DNA of 14,192 nucleotides from Promethearchaeati archaeon. GTDB lineage: Archaea; Asgardarchaeota; Heimdallarchaeia; JABLTI01. A program made the position numbers and the translations under genes. The stretch is taken from contig JABLTI010000072.1 in the NCBI GenBank assembly GCA_013166835.1, forward strand, positions 1 to 14,192, written 5' to 3'. The notes beneath the pieces are model-generated. The model was not told the origin of the DNA. It was given only the letters and a program-made list of their open reading frames with translations, and ran no database searches. Each line of letters begins with the position of its first letter. Positions within the stretch are counted from its first letter, which is position 1. This document shows positions 1 to 8,656 of this stretch, piece after piece.

Positions 1-995
1 CCACTATATAATGCTAATTCTAAATCTCCTTGTTCCGTTCGAGTAGGCAAACCAGTAGCTGGACCAGGTCGCTGTGCAATGTGAATAACAATAGGTGTCT
101 CAATCATTCCACTCAAACTTATTCCCTCACTCATCAATGCAAATCCGCCACCGGATGTAGTAACCATTGCTCTTGCCCCAGCATACGCTGCTCCTAATCC
201 AGCATTTATGGCTGCAATTTCATCCTCGGCTTGTTCAACTAAAATATCAAAATCAGCTGAATGCTTTGCAAGGAAATTTAAAACTCCAGTTGAAGGACTC
301 ATAGGATATGAACAAATAAAATTGCATCCTCCAGCAATAGCTCCCATCCCAACAATATCTGCACCATTAACCATTATTTCTTTTTCAGTTTTCTTTTTTG
401 GTTTAATTTTAATCTCAATTCCCTTTGATTTAGCTATTTCATTTGCCATTTCATTACCCTTTAGAAATGCTTCAATGTTCTTCTGAACAATCTCATCGCT
501 TTTACTAGCAAATCTATCTCTCAGATATTTTTTGCCTAATTCCTCATCTATATTGAATAATTCAGTAATAACTCCAGCAGCAATAGTATTTGAATAAATG
601 CGATGACCTATTTCTTCTGCGATTTTTGTCCAAGAAATCTCAATAATATTGTATTCTTTAACATTAAGTTCATGCCTAATATTTTCAGGTTCACCAATGA
701 TGAGTGTATCCTTTGTTATTCTTTTTCTTTGTCTGGATATTGCAGTTTTATTAAATGGTATGAAAATATCAATTCGATCTACATATGCTTTTACTTTGTC
801 AGATGAAATCCGAATTTCTGTTGAATTTGTTCCTCCACGAACTCGAGACATATACTCTTTCAACGCAGCTACATAATATCCCGCTTCATGCAGAATATGT
901 GTTAAGAATTGTTCTACCGTTTGTATTCCCTGACCTGCAGCACCACAAAGAACAATAGAGATATCACTTTTATCTGAAATTGTATGTTTGGACAT
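1..995 (-). CDS. korA: 2-oxoacid:acceptor (ferredoxin) oxidoreductase subunit alpha, gamma-alpha fused type; partial, 3' end beyond the window
   Basis: Manual minus-strand translation from ATG at 995: [64 protein letters not shown]...YPMSPSTG...[78 protein letters not shown]. GxxGQG, RGG, YPxSP, EDE, TSGGG and [10 protein letters not shown] are hallmark motifs. Substrate specificity cannot be assigned. Confidence 0.95.
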   Translation of the reverse strand, partial: MSKHTISDKSDISIVLCGAAGQGIQTVEQFLTHILHEAGYYVAALKEYMSRVRGGTNSTEIRISSDKVKAYVDRIDIFIPFNKTAISRQRKRITKDTLIIGEPENIRHELNVKEYNIIEISWTKIAEEIGHRIYSNTIAAGVITELFNIDEELGKKYLRDRFASKSDEIVQKNIEAFLKGNEMANEIAKSKGIEIKIKPKKKTEKEIMVNGADIVGMGAIAGGCNFICSYPMSPSTGVLNFLAKHSADFDILVEQAEDEIAAINAGLGAAYAGARAMVTTSGGGFALMSEGISLSGMIETPIVIHIAQRPGPATGLPTRTEQGDLELALYS

Positions 996-1094
996 AATAC
1001 TACAATCTAATTAGTTTTAATTAATATTTTCGCTTTAATAGGTATAAACGAAATTTATTGATTTGTTTATAGACCACATTACTGAAGAAACGAC

Positions 1095-1643
1095 CTAAGA
1101 AGAATCTAATCTCTCATTTCTTTTAGGTAGAATAACGAAAACTATACCGAACAAAGTTATTATTACAAAAAGAATTGTTGAGAAAATAAATCCAGCACCT
1201 ATTTTTGTATCGTTATTCATGATTTTTAGATAATTGATAAATGGTAAATACAGCATCACACCGAGAAAACCGATTATTCCAACTAATGCAATAAAGATTC
1301 CCAGAATGCGTTTAATATTTCCACGATATCTTTCATCATAACCTAAAAAGAAACCTAAAGTAGGAACAAGAATAACAGAAAGAACTAATCCAATAATAAT
1401 TAATATTGGTGAAAGTATCAGGAAATTATCTAGTGTACTAGATCCACCTGTGCTAACTAATTCAGTGTTATTATAAATATTCCAATGACCAAAGAAAAAT
1501 GTTTCATACTCGTAAGTGTTCACACCAAATGTCCAATTTCTAGTAGTAAATGGTGTGTAAACCATTATTATACTACATGAAAGCATCATTGCTAAAATTG
1601 CTATTCGAATAATAGTTTTAACAATGGAATTTTTATTTGACAT
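1095..1643 (-). CDS. Four-TM membrane protein of unknown function with claudin/PMP22-like topology
   Basis: 182 aa. Four hydrophobic stretches, an ~40-aa aromatic beta-rich loop after TM1 (TPF...W...FFGHW), a basic TM2-TM3 loop and a basic tail. SD-like GTGAGGT just upstream of the ATG. The CDS is well supported; the family is inferred. Confidence 0.75.
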   Translation of the reverse strand: MSNKNSIVKTIIRIAILAMMLSCSIIMVYTPFTTRNWTFGVNTYEYETFFFGHWNIYNNTELVSTGGSSTLDNFLILSPILIIIGLVLSVILVPTLGFFLGYDERYRGNIKRILGIFIALVGIIGFLGVMLYLPFINYLKIMNNDTKIGAGFIFSTILFVIITLFGIVFVILPKRNERLDSS

Positions 1644-1725
1644 TGAACCTCACTCATTTATTACATACACATCTATAATTAATTGTTTTATTAAGTGTTA
1701 TCAATTTTATCTCAAATGATATATT

Positions 1726-2517
1726 CTATTTTGCTTTCTGATTTTCATCAGACATGAAATCTTCAAGAGTTACCGTTGGTTTCTCATTCGCTAATGATGG
1801 AAATATTTCTTGCCAAGGAACAGCAACAGCTTCCAAATCATTAACTTGTAAGATATTCATTACTTTTTCACTAAAACTTTTTGCAATCAAAATTCCTCTT
1901 ACCGTTATTTTCTCAACCTGCTCGAAGTATTCAACATATCTTTTCAATTGATGAGCATCAGATGGGGTAGCTGCTCGTTTCTTTACTTCTACAATTATGA
2001 TATTACCTTCACGGTCAACTCCTCTTAGATCAAGAAAACCAAATGGGGTATCATATTCTCGAGTCGTAGGTTGAAAATCTTTATCGATTATCTCTGGATG
2101 ATCATATAAATAATTTGAGAGATCTTTCTCTGAACCATAAATACTAAGGGATGCAGAATCGTAAGCATCATATAGAGTTGCTTGATAAATTTTATCAAAA
2201 ATAATCTCTAAAGTTTCCTGGGTTTTCGTTCTGTAAGATTTAACGGTGAGTTTATTGTTTTCGAAGAGATAGTTTATTTTCCCAGCTCCAGAAATCTGCC
2301 AATTCATAGGTTTCAGACCTTTTGGACCATGAAGAATAAGAGTTTCATCTTTTTTAATAAATAACAATCTGTCACCTTCAGGAAGATATGATTTAATCCT
2401 ACCATCAAATATCGCAATGCATGATCCAAAAATAACTATCATTTTATTAGTAGATTCGTCATTTAGTTGTTTAACTAGTTTATCGAATTTTCCTTGAAGT
2501 GTTTGAATTTTATTCAT
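1726..2517 (-). CDS. nucS: Mismatch-specific endonuclease NucS/EndoMS
   Basis: N-terminal motifs CxAxFDGR, GDRLLFIKKD, ILH and KPMNWQ. C-terminal RecB-like nuclease motifs EKDL, REYxTPxGxLD, VEVK and QLKRY. Confidence 0.95.
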   Translation of the reverse strand: MNKIQTLQGKFDKLVKQLNDESTNKMIVIFGSCIAIFDGRIKSYLPEGDRLLFIKKDETLILHGPKGLKPMNWQISGAGKINYLFENNKLTVKSYRTKTQETLEIIFDKIYQATLYDAYDSASLSIYGSEKDLSNYLYDHPEIIDKDFQPTTREYDTPFGFLDLRGVDREGNIIIVEVKKRAATPSDAHQLKRYVEYFEQVEKITVRGILIAKSFSEKVMNILQVNDLEAVAVPWQEIFPSLANEKPTVTLEDFMSDENQKAK

Positions 2518-2572
2518 AGATACGTATTCCTGCGAAGGTTTTACTATCTTACTTTTAAGCTGATTCCTTTTA

Positions 2573-2584
2573 ATTTATATAAAT
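2573..2584. promoter_or_regulatory. Candidate bidirectional archaeal TATA box
   Basis: Perfect palindrome ATTTATATAAAT reads TTTATATA on both strands, between the divergent nucS and surface-protein genes. The AT-rich background lowers significance. Confidence 0.4.
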
Positions 2585-2599
2585 AATCTGGATTCCTAG

Positions 2600-2619
2600 T
2601 TATTAGAAAAACCTAATAA
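2600..2619. promoter_or_regulatory. Inverted repeat, candidate transcription-factor operator
   Basis: TTATTAG-AAAAAC-CTAATAA: perfect 7-bp arms with a 6-bp spacer in the divergent intergenic region. Confidence 0.4.
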
Positions 2620-2702
2620 AGAAAATGCTCTTTCTTATTCAATTGAGAATAGATGTAATCTTTAAATTACTATAGACTGTTTTTATTTGGGTGTGATTAT
2701 TA

Positions 2703-5700
2703 ATGGCGAAGAATTCTTTCCTAAGAAAAACCGCAAGTATTCTTGTTCTAATCACATTTGTAATTACAATCTTCTCAGATGCTAGTTTCTCAAGTTTATC
2801 GCTAAGTCATGGGGAAGCAGTATTAGAAGATAATTCCGAGTCAAAAATGGTATCTGAGAATAATTTAATCATTGATGAAGCACCAAAACCCATGAATTTT
2901 GATAGTAAAGATACTGTGTTTGGTGAAGGTGTACATTTGACACCTGATGATTTGACAAGAAATTCCTATTCCGCTGCACAAGGAACTGATGGACGATTAC
3001 ATTGTATTTGGAAACAGCAACACACTCAGCATGGGCTTTCATTATTTTATTCCTATTCAAATGATAGCAATGGTGAGAATTGGAGTATATCTGAATTACT
3101 ATTTCGATTTGAAGAGGATATTATCACACCAAAATTAGTCGTAGATAATAATGACAATTTGCATATAGCTTTAATCATAAAGAGGCTCGAATATTCTCGA
3201 ATTTATTATCTTAATTATTCTGCTGCTAATTCTACAAAAACCTTAGTTCCTGTTTTTACTACAAACAGCACCGGTATTTCTAGTTTAAGAATTGGAATCT
3301 CTCATAATGATACAGTCAATATTGCCTGGATCTCAAAAAAAGGAACTAGTATACCATTCGCTTGGGATAGCAAGATTAATTTACAAAGAAAAAATTTAAC
3401 TACTAATGAATGGTTGCCGGAACCTTTGGTTCTGTATAATGAATCAAATCCGAATATACTTGATATAAGTACTGATTACAATTCCTTACACATTTGCTGG
3501 ACAAATAGTTCTGATTTTTTGGATACTCAAACAATTTCTCATATTTTCTTTAATGAAAGCACTAAAATTTGGAGCACATATGAATCACTTACACTGAGCT
3601 CAAATTACATCAGAGTACTTGCTATTAATGTGGCTAATGATGAAGGATTACATGTTCTTTGGTCAGAAGGGAAATCTTCTAGTGCATTACATTTTCTTAA
3701 ATGGTTTTCGAATGGTACAATCTTTTCTCCATCAAATCGTATTAATAATGCAGATGGAAATAATTATCATGCCTATGTTATTGAAAATGAAGCTTCAGGT
3801 GATTTGCATTTTGTTTTCGAAGATGAATCAGGATATCTTATTAGCATCTATCATCGGAAAATGTTAAGTAATGGTTCAATGACACCTATTGTTCAGTTAT
3901 CAAGCACAAGTTATTCTAATGAACCTGTTTTTATAAAAGCTACAGCTTCTGCTGATATTTTTGGTTATTTATTATACATAAGTGAAGGCTCTCTCGTTTA
4001 TCAGTATCTAAATACTAGTGAAATCTGGTTTACTTCCGGCATTGTTTATTATGGAACACAACAAACGCTTTTACAATCAGCTGTTGTAGACTCAGAAGGA
4101 GTAATTCATCTAGTATGTCTACACATAGTCTCAGGAAGAAGAGAGATTTTTTACCTAAGAAAATTAGTAAATGACACTCGTTGGACAGGTTTTGAAAGTT
4201 TATTTGTTGTACCAGCTGATATAAATCCACAATTAGTTATTGATTCAAATGATACTCTCTATATTTTTGGAGTTATTCTTGATTCAGGATCTGGATTTGA
4301 TGCTATTCATTATAGCTATAAACTAAAAGGACAAAGCAATTGGTCTATACCACAGCTTTGTTATACACCTATTGGTCATGTACCAAATAGAGCCTATTAC
4401 CACCCTCAAATGAATGAGAGACCATATTCTGATAAACCAACTGTCATTGTTGATGAGAATAATACACTTCATCTATTCTGGAGAGAATTTTTCGGAGATC
4501 AAATGCTTTTAAATTATGCATATAAATTCTCTAATTCGACTGGATTCTCTCCGAGAGAAATACTGCCATCATATCAAACTGATTCTCAAATTTATCATAT
4601 ATCAGTTTTATTCGATCAAAACAACACACTTCATCTCGTTCATGGAGAATTTATTAATGAATTGGAAGTATCCATGATTATATACAGAACATTATTGCCC
4701 AATAAAACCTGGTCTGAATTATCATTGATAGATGCAGCCTATGACTGGTTATACCGACCGAAAATCATACAAGAATCCACTGGAAAATTACAATTATTCT
4801 ATACTTTAAACAGAATATTTTCAATTTGGCGAGAACTATATTATTCAGATTTTAAGTTGTATGAGAGGATGCCAGAGGATAATAATTGGATATTTAAGGA
4901 AACCTTCATGCGGGATACTGTGACTGCTGGATATTTCGATGCTATTTTGCTGGAAGATGATACTTTCTATTTAGTATACTTCCAAGGTGATTTCAGTAGT
5001 CCATATTGGTACGTAGAATCAAATGAGTTTTTAACAATACGAAAAAGAACAACCGAGGGTGATTGGGAGAATGAAACTTTACTATTCAATGCTGAATTCA
5101 CAAAAGTAACACCTGCAATTATCTATAATCAAGTGGAAGAATTAATCTACATATTTGCAGAAATAGAGATGAATGTTAATTGGTTTGGCATTCAAAAAGA
5201 CACAGACAAAGACACATTAGGGGACATTGATGAGGTAACATGGGGAACGGATTATCTGAAAGCTGACACCGACGAAGATGGACTCTCTGATGGTTTTGAA
5301 ATCAAAATATCATTGACAAATCCATTAATAAAAGATACAGATTGGGATGGATTATCCGATTATGAAGAGGCTATAATTTACTTATCTAATCCTCTTTCTG
5401 TTGATTCGGACAGAGATGATGTAGAAGATGGGGATGAAGTACTAATTTATCATTCTGATCCAAACCTACAAGATACAGATCAAGATCTCTTAGATGATTA
5501 TAAAGAAATATTCGAAATAGGTTCAAGCCCAATTTTGAATGACACCGATTCGGATTTGATGCCAGATTTCTGGGAATATATCAATAATTTAGATTTAAAT
5601 TTTGATGATTCACAAGATGATGAAGATGATGATGGACTAGTAAATCTGGATGAGTACTACGTTGGAACAGATATATACAATCCAGACACAGATTCGGATT

Positions 5701-6089
5701 ACCTTACAGACGGAGATGAAGTACATAATCATACTACAAATCCTTTGAATGCTGACACAGATTTTGACACTCTGACAGATTGGGAGGAATTAATGAAATA
5801 TTACACAAATCCATTTTTGGAGGATAGCGATCAAGACGGTTTCAGTGATCGTTCTGAAATTGAAAGTGGTACCAATCCTAATGATCCTAGAGATAATATT
5901 CGATTACGCAAGCTTCGCACCGCACTAATGTTTTCCATTATTCCTGTTGGCTCGCTAGTAATTTTCGTTACGGGCATAGAGACGAATTTCAGATTGAAAG
6001 CTAAGAAACAAAAGGAAATGGAAGAAGCAGAGCTATCAAAGGAAGAACAAATTTTAGAAGAAATAATTTCCAATGATAAAAGTGGCTAG
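2703..6089 (+). CDS. Large membrane-anchored cell-surface glycoprotein: signal peptide, BNR/sialidase-like beta-propeller repeats, TSP3-like Ca-binding repeats, C-terminal TM
   Basis: N-terminal basic plus hydrophobic segment (RKTASILVLITFVITIF). Recurrent hhDxxxxLHhhW ... W blades. Ten DxDxD repeats. TM ALMFSIIPVGSLVIFVTGI followed by a charged tail. About 23 NxS/T sequons by manual count. SD-like GGTGTGA upstream. Confidence 0.85.
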   Translation: MAKNSFLRKTASILVLITFVITIFSDASFSSLSLSHGEAVLEDNSESKMVSENNLIIDEAPKPMNFDSKDTVFGEGVHLTPDDLTRNSYSAAQGTDGRLHCIWKQQHTQHGLSLFYSYSNDSNGENWSISELLFRFEEDIITPKLVVDNNDNLHIALIIKRLEYSRIYYLNYSAANSTKTLVPVFTTNSTGISSLRIGISHNDTVNIAWISKKGTSIPFAWDSKINLQRKNLTTNEWLPEPLVLYNESNPNILDISTDYNSLHICWTNSSDFLDTQTISHIFFNESTKIWSTYESLTLSSNYIRVLAINVANDEGLHVLWSEGKSSSALHFLKWFSNGTIFSPSNRINNADGNNYHAYVIENEASGDLHFVFEDESGYLISIYHRKMLSNGSMTPIVQLSSTSYSNEPVFIKATASADIFGYLLYISEGSLVYQYLNTSEIWFTSGIVYYGTQQTLLQSAVVDSEGVIHLVCLHIVSGRREIFYLRKLVNDTRWTGFESLFVVPADINPQLVIDSNDTLYIFGVILDSGSGFDAIHYSYKLKGQSNWSIPQLCYTPIGHVPNRAYYHPQMNERPYSDKPTVIVDENNTLHLFWREFFGDQMLLNYAYKFSNSTGFSPREILPSYQTDSQIYHISVLFDQNNTLHLVHGEFINELEVSMIIYRTLLPNKTWSELSLIDAAYDWLYRPKIIQESTGKLQLFYTLNRIFSIWRELYYSDFKLYERMPEDNNWIFKETFMRDTVTAGYFDAILLEDDTFYLVYFQGDFSSPYWYVESNEFLTIRKRTTEGDWENETLLFNAEFTKVTPAIIYNQVEELIYIFAEIEMNVNWFGIQKDTDKDTLGDIDEVTWGTDYLKADTDEDGLSDGFEIKISLTNPLIKDTDWDGLSDYEEAIIYLSNPLSVDSDRDDVEDGDEVLIYHSDPNLQDTDQDLLDDYKEIFEIGSSPILNDTDSDLMPDFWEYINNLDLNFDDSQDDEDDDGLVNLDEYYVGTDIYNPDTDSDYLTDGDEVHNHTTNPLNADTDFDTLTDWEELMKYYTNPFLEDSDQDGFSDRSEIESGTNPNDPRDNIRLRKLRTALMFSIIPVGSLVIFVTGIETNFRLKAKKQKEMEEAELSKEEQILEEIISNDKSG
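5199..5888 (+). repeat. Ten tandem protein-level Ca-binding repeats of 22-26 aa (D-T/S-D-x-D-x-L-x-D-x-x-E...T-N-P)
   Basis: Units begin DTDKD, DTDED, DTDWD, DSDRD, DTDQD, DTDSD, DEDDD, DTDSD, DTDFD, DSDQD. They are diverged at the DNA level. Confidence 0.9.
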
Positions 6090-7087
6090 ATATCATTTGC
6101 TAGTATTTTTGAAATATTATCTTTAACTCTTGTGATATTTTCTTCTGTGGGATGAAAGAACACCCAACCAACGGTTATTGTTGCTAAAAGTGAAATTGTT
6201 TTGAATATTTTCTCTTCTAATCGATAATTATCTAAATCTAATTTTTTATCTAAAGAATAATTTTCAAGAAAAACCCTTATTAAATCTGAATCTAGCATCC
6301 AATCTTTTTCTATATCAAACAAATCAAATATTGGATCTGCAGCATATGACCATTCGAAATCAAGTATAGCTTTTATTTTCCAAGAATCTTGTTTTTTCAC
6401 TAGAACATTCTTAGGATGTAAATCACTATGAACTAAAAATGGTTCTGTTACAAATTTTGTTTTATCCAGATTCTTTTCAACAAAATTTTGCGCTTGAGTA
6501 ACAAGTTTAATTGGAAGAAGCCTACTTGTTCCAAGCATTTTAGCATATCTTCTCGAATTTGCCTTCAGCATACTTGTTAAGGAATAAAATCTTCTTGGAC
6601 AACTATATTCCTCAATATCCCCAAACATATCAAATTTGAGATTATGCAAATTCCTTACAGTTTTCGCAAATTCCGTTATAATTTGTGTTTTTTCCTTTAT
6701 TGTTATTTTCTTCCAAATTTCTTCTAATGCTTCTCCTTCTACAAAGTTCATTACAATAAATCTGTAACCAATATCCTTGGTATTATTTTCAATGTGAATA
6801 ATCTCAGGAACAGGAACATTTTGACTTCCTTTAGAAGAACCACTAGTTGTTTTATTTATAGAAGTGAACCTCTTCATTAGATTCGCTTCTTTTTCTAAAC
6901 GATAATTATCCATTTCTGAGATAGGTGGTCTAGTTAGAATTTTTATGATATATTTCTTATTTTCTACTTTGAAACTGTACAACTCATTAACTGTTTTCTC
7001 TGGTATTTTCTGTAATTCCAAGATTTTTTCTGTAGAGAAAATAGTTTGCAATGTTTTCAAAATCTTCTCTGGATCTGTGTCACCCAC
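6086..7087 (-). CDS. Aminoglycoside phosphotransferase / choline kinase-like (APH family) kinase
   Basis: YIIK ATP-binding Lys, LEKEA helix-C Glu, VPVPEI, catalytic HSDLHPKN and ILDFE. GTG start with upstream AGGTG. Substrate unknown; not evidence of antibiotic resistance. Confidence 0.9.
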   Translation of the reverse strand: MGDTDPEKILKTLQTIFSTEKILELQKIPEKTVNELYSFKVENKKYIIKILTRPPISEMDNYRLEKEANLMKRFTSINKTTSGSSKGSQNVPVPEIIHIENNTKDIGYRFIVMNFVEGEALEEIWKKITIKEKTQIITEFAKTVRNLHNLKFDMFGDIEEYSCPRRFYSLTSMLKANSRRYAKMLGTSRLLPIKLVTQAQNFVEKNLDKTKFVTEPFLVHSDLHPKNVLVKKQDSWKIKAILDFEWSYAADPIFDLFDIEKDWMLDSDLIRVFLENYSLDKKLDLDNYRLEEKIFKTISLLATITVGWVFFHPTEENITRVKDNISKILANDI

Positions 7088-7146
7088 TGATTACACCTTT
7101 GATATTATTTGTTAATATTCGATTTTAATTATCTCTAATTTATCAC

Positions 7147-7186
7147 ATTATAAGATATTGTAGTTTTCTTATGATACAATATCCTA
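7147..7186. promoter_or_regulatory. Overlapping inverted repeats, candidate operator in a divergent promoter
   Basis: GATATTGTA(7154-7162)-N12-TACAATATC(7175-7183) has perfect 9-bp arms. ATTATAAGA(7147-7155)-N11-TCTTATGAT(7167-7175) has one mismatch. Confidence 0.5.
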
Positions 7187-7223
7187 ATTAAATATAAAAC
7201 ATAAATAAATCCGAGGATGAATT

Positions 7224-8042
7224 TTGAAACTTGGCATATCATTTGGTTTGAATTTTGCGGATGTATCTACAATAAGTGAATTTTTGCAATTTGCACACAA
7301 GAAAGAACTTTCATCTGTAGAACTTGTCGCAGAACCACCCTTCTGTCATGTTAACTCAATATCTCCAGAAACAAGAAAAGCCATCAAACAAGAAGCATTA
7401 GATCTAGGATTAAAGCTTACACTACATGCTACTTTCTCAGATGTAAATATTGCAGCATTTAATGAAAATATCCGGTTATTTTCTTTGAAAATTATGAAAG
7501 AATGCATTGATTTTTCACAAGATATTGGTTCTGAAATCGTAACGATTCATCCAGGCGAACTAAGTGCTGCGGGACATACTTATCCAAAAGAAATTAAAAG
7601 AAACAATTATGCTTCTTTCAAAGAACTAGCAACTTATGCAGAAGATAAAGATATAAAAATTGGTTATGAGAATATGCCCATTTTTCCTTGGACGCAGTAT
7701 GAAGAATGCTTTGAACCCGAACCATTAAGTCAGATGGTTAATAAAATAAACTCAAAATCATTAGGAATTACTTGGGATATTGGCCATTCAAATACAACAA
7801 AATTTTCACAATTAGATTTCTTAGAGCATTTCAAATCAAAATTGGTACATATCCACATCCATGACAATGCGGGTCATGTAGAAGGTTGGAAGGATACACA
7901 TCTTGAAATTGGGAAAGGAAACATACAGTGGGAATCATTATTATCTGAAATTAGGAAAACGAACTATGATGGTTTCTTTATTTTAGAACTAAATAGTAAA
8001 TCGACAATCAATAATTCATTGGAATATCTTTCTCAATTATAG
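7224..8042 (+). CDS. Sugar phosphate isomerase/epimerase family protein (xylose isomerase-like / AP_endonuc_2 TIM barrel)
   Basis: Metal-ligand pattern VEL, LHA, IHPG, YEN, WDIGH, HIHIHDN, DTH, GxGxI, ILE. TTG start with upstream GAGGA. Confidence 0.92.
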   Translation: MKLGISFGLNFADVSTISEFLQFAHKKELSSVELVAEPPFCHVNSISPETRKAIKQEALDLGLKLTLHATFSDVNIAAFNENIRLFSLKIMKECIDFSQDIGSEIVTIHPGELSAAGHTYPKEIKRNNYASFKELATYAEDKDIKIGYENMPIFPWTQYEECFEPEPLSQMVNKINSKSLGITWDIGHSNTTKFSQLDFLEHFKSKLVHIHIHDNAGHVEGWKDTHLEIGKGNIQWESLLSEIRKTNYDGFFILELNSKSTINNSLEYLSQL

Positions 8043-8061
8043 AAATTAATATTTCAAACTA

Positions 8062-8068
8062 TTTTTTT
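8062..8068 (+). terminator. Oligo-T candidate archaeal intrinsic terminator
   Basis: T7 tract 20 nt after the TIM-barrel stop codon, in a 28-nt convergent gap. Confidence 0.4.
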
Positions 8069-8070
8069 AT

Positions 8071-8511
8071 TTACGAAATATATTCACTTAATCTTTCGAA
8101 TACATCTTCCTGTTTCTTTTCTTGGAGAAATTCAATAAAGACCTTCAATTTTTCTATTGTTTCTTTTGAGAGATTATGTTCCATCACGCAACAATCATTA
8201 TTTGCGTTTTCTTCATTAACTCCAATTAAAACTAGGAATGATTTCAAGATGTCATGTCGTTCTTTTACTTTAATAGCTATTTTTCTTCCTTTCTCTGTTA
8301 AGGTAATCGTTCCATATCTTTCGTACTCTACAAAGCCATTTACTTTTAATTTGGTAATCATTTCTGTAACACTTGCTTTACTTATCCCTAAAAGATTGGC
8401 TATCTCAGTAACATGTGCATGCCCATCATCTTCACTAAGAAGTAGAATTCTTTCCAGATAGTCTTCTACTGTAGCTGTAATAGCCATTTCATCCTCATTC
8501 TTAGGAGTCAT
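8071..8511 (-). CDS. DtxR/MntR family metal-dependent transcriptional regulator, short form without FeoA/SH3 domain
   Basis: EDYLERI, HTH EIANLLGISKASVTEMITKL, LTEKG, RH and CxMEH metal ligands. The true start may be the second Met (MAITATVEDY). Confidence 0.95.
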   Translation of the reverse strand: MTPKNEDEMAITATVEDYLERILLLSEDDGHAHVTEIANLLGISKASVTEMITKLKVNGFVEYERYGTITLTEKGRKIAIKVKERHDILKSFLVLIGVNEENANNDCCVMEHNLSKETIEKLKVFIEFLQEKKQEDVFERLSEYIS

Positions 8512-8656
8512 TGATCTGTCACACTATCAATTATTAACAACTAATATTTATAGAATCTGACTCAAAAAGTTATAGGAATTTCATCGGAATATTTATTTCT
8601 TATACAAATTCATCTTTAATTGATTTCATCAAAAAATTCCATTTGAGGGTGAAAAA

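Noticed and set aside
208-876. Three short + strand ORFs (208-486, 603-806, 649-876)
   Set aside because: Antisense shadows of the oxidoreductase alpha gene on the minus strand.
1028-1053. Imperfect inverted repeat TTTCG...CGAAA upstream of the oxidoreductase gene
   Set aside because: Short arms with a bulge, expected by chance in AT-rich DNA.
5199-5888. CRISPR-like periodicity of about 69 nt
   Set aside because: In-frame protein repeats with diverged codons, no identical DNA repeat and no cas genes.
1754-6073. Short ORFs 1754-1951, 2869-3060, 3619-3867, 4030-4230 and 5831-6073
   Set aside because: Nested within nucS or the surface-protein gene, with no motifs or RBS.
6086-7087. Antibiotic-resistance gene
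   Set aside because: The APH fold is a broad kinase superfamily. No mobile context or specific APH identity was recognised.
1095-8042. Amber (pyrrolysine) recoding, since five consecutive genes end in TAG
   Set aside because: The proteins look complete at TAG, two overlap convergently there, and no pyl genes are in the window.
8512-8656. Autoregulatory DtxR box between the regulator and mtd
   Set aside because: No convincing palindrome found by eye.
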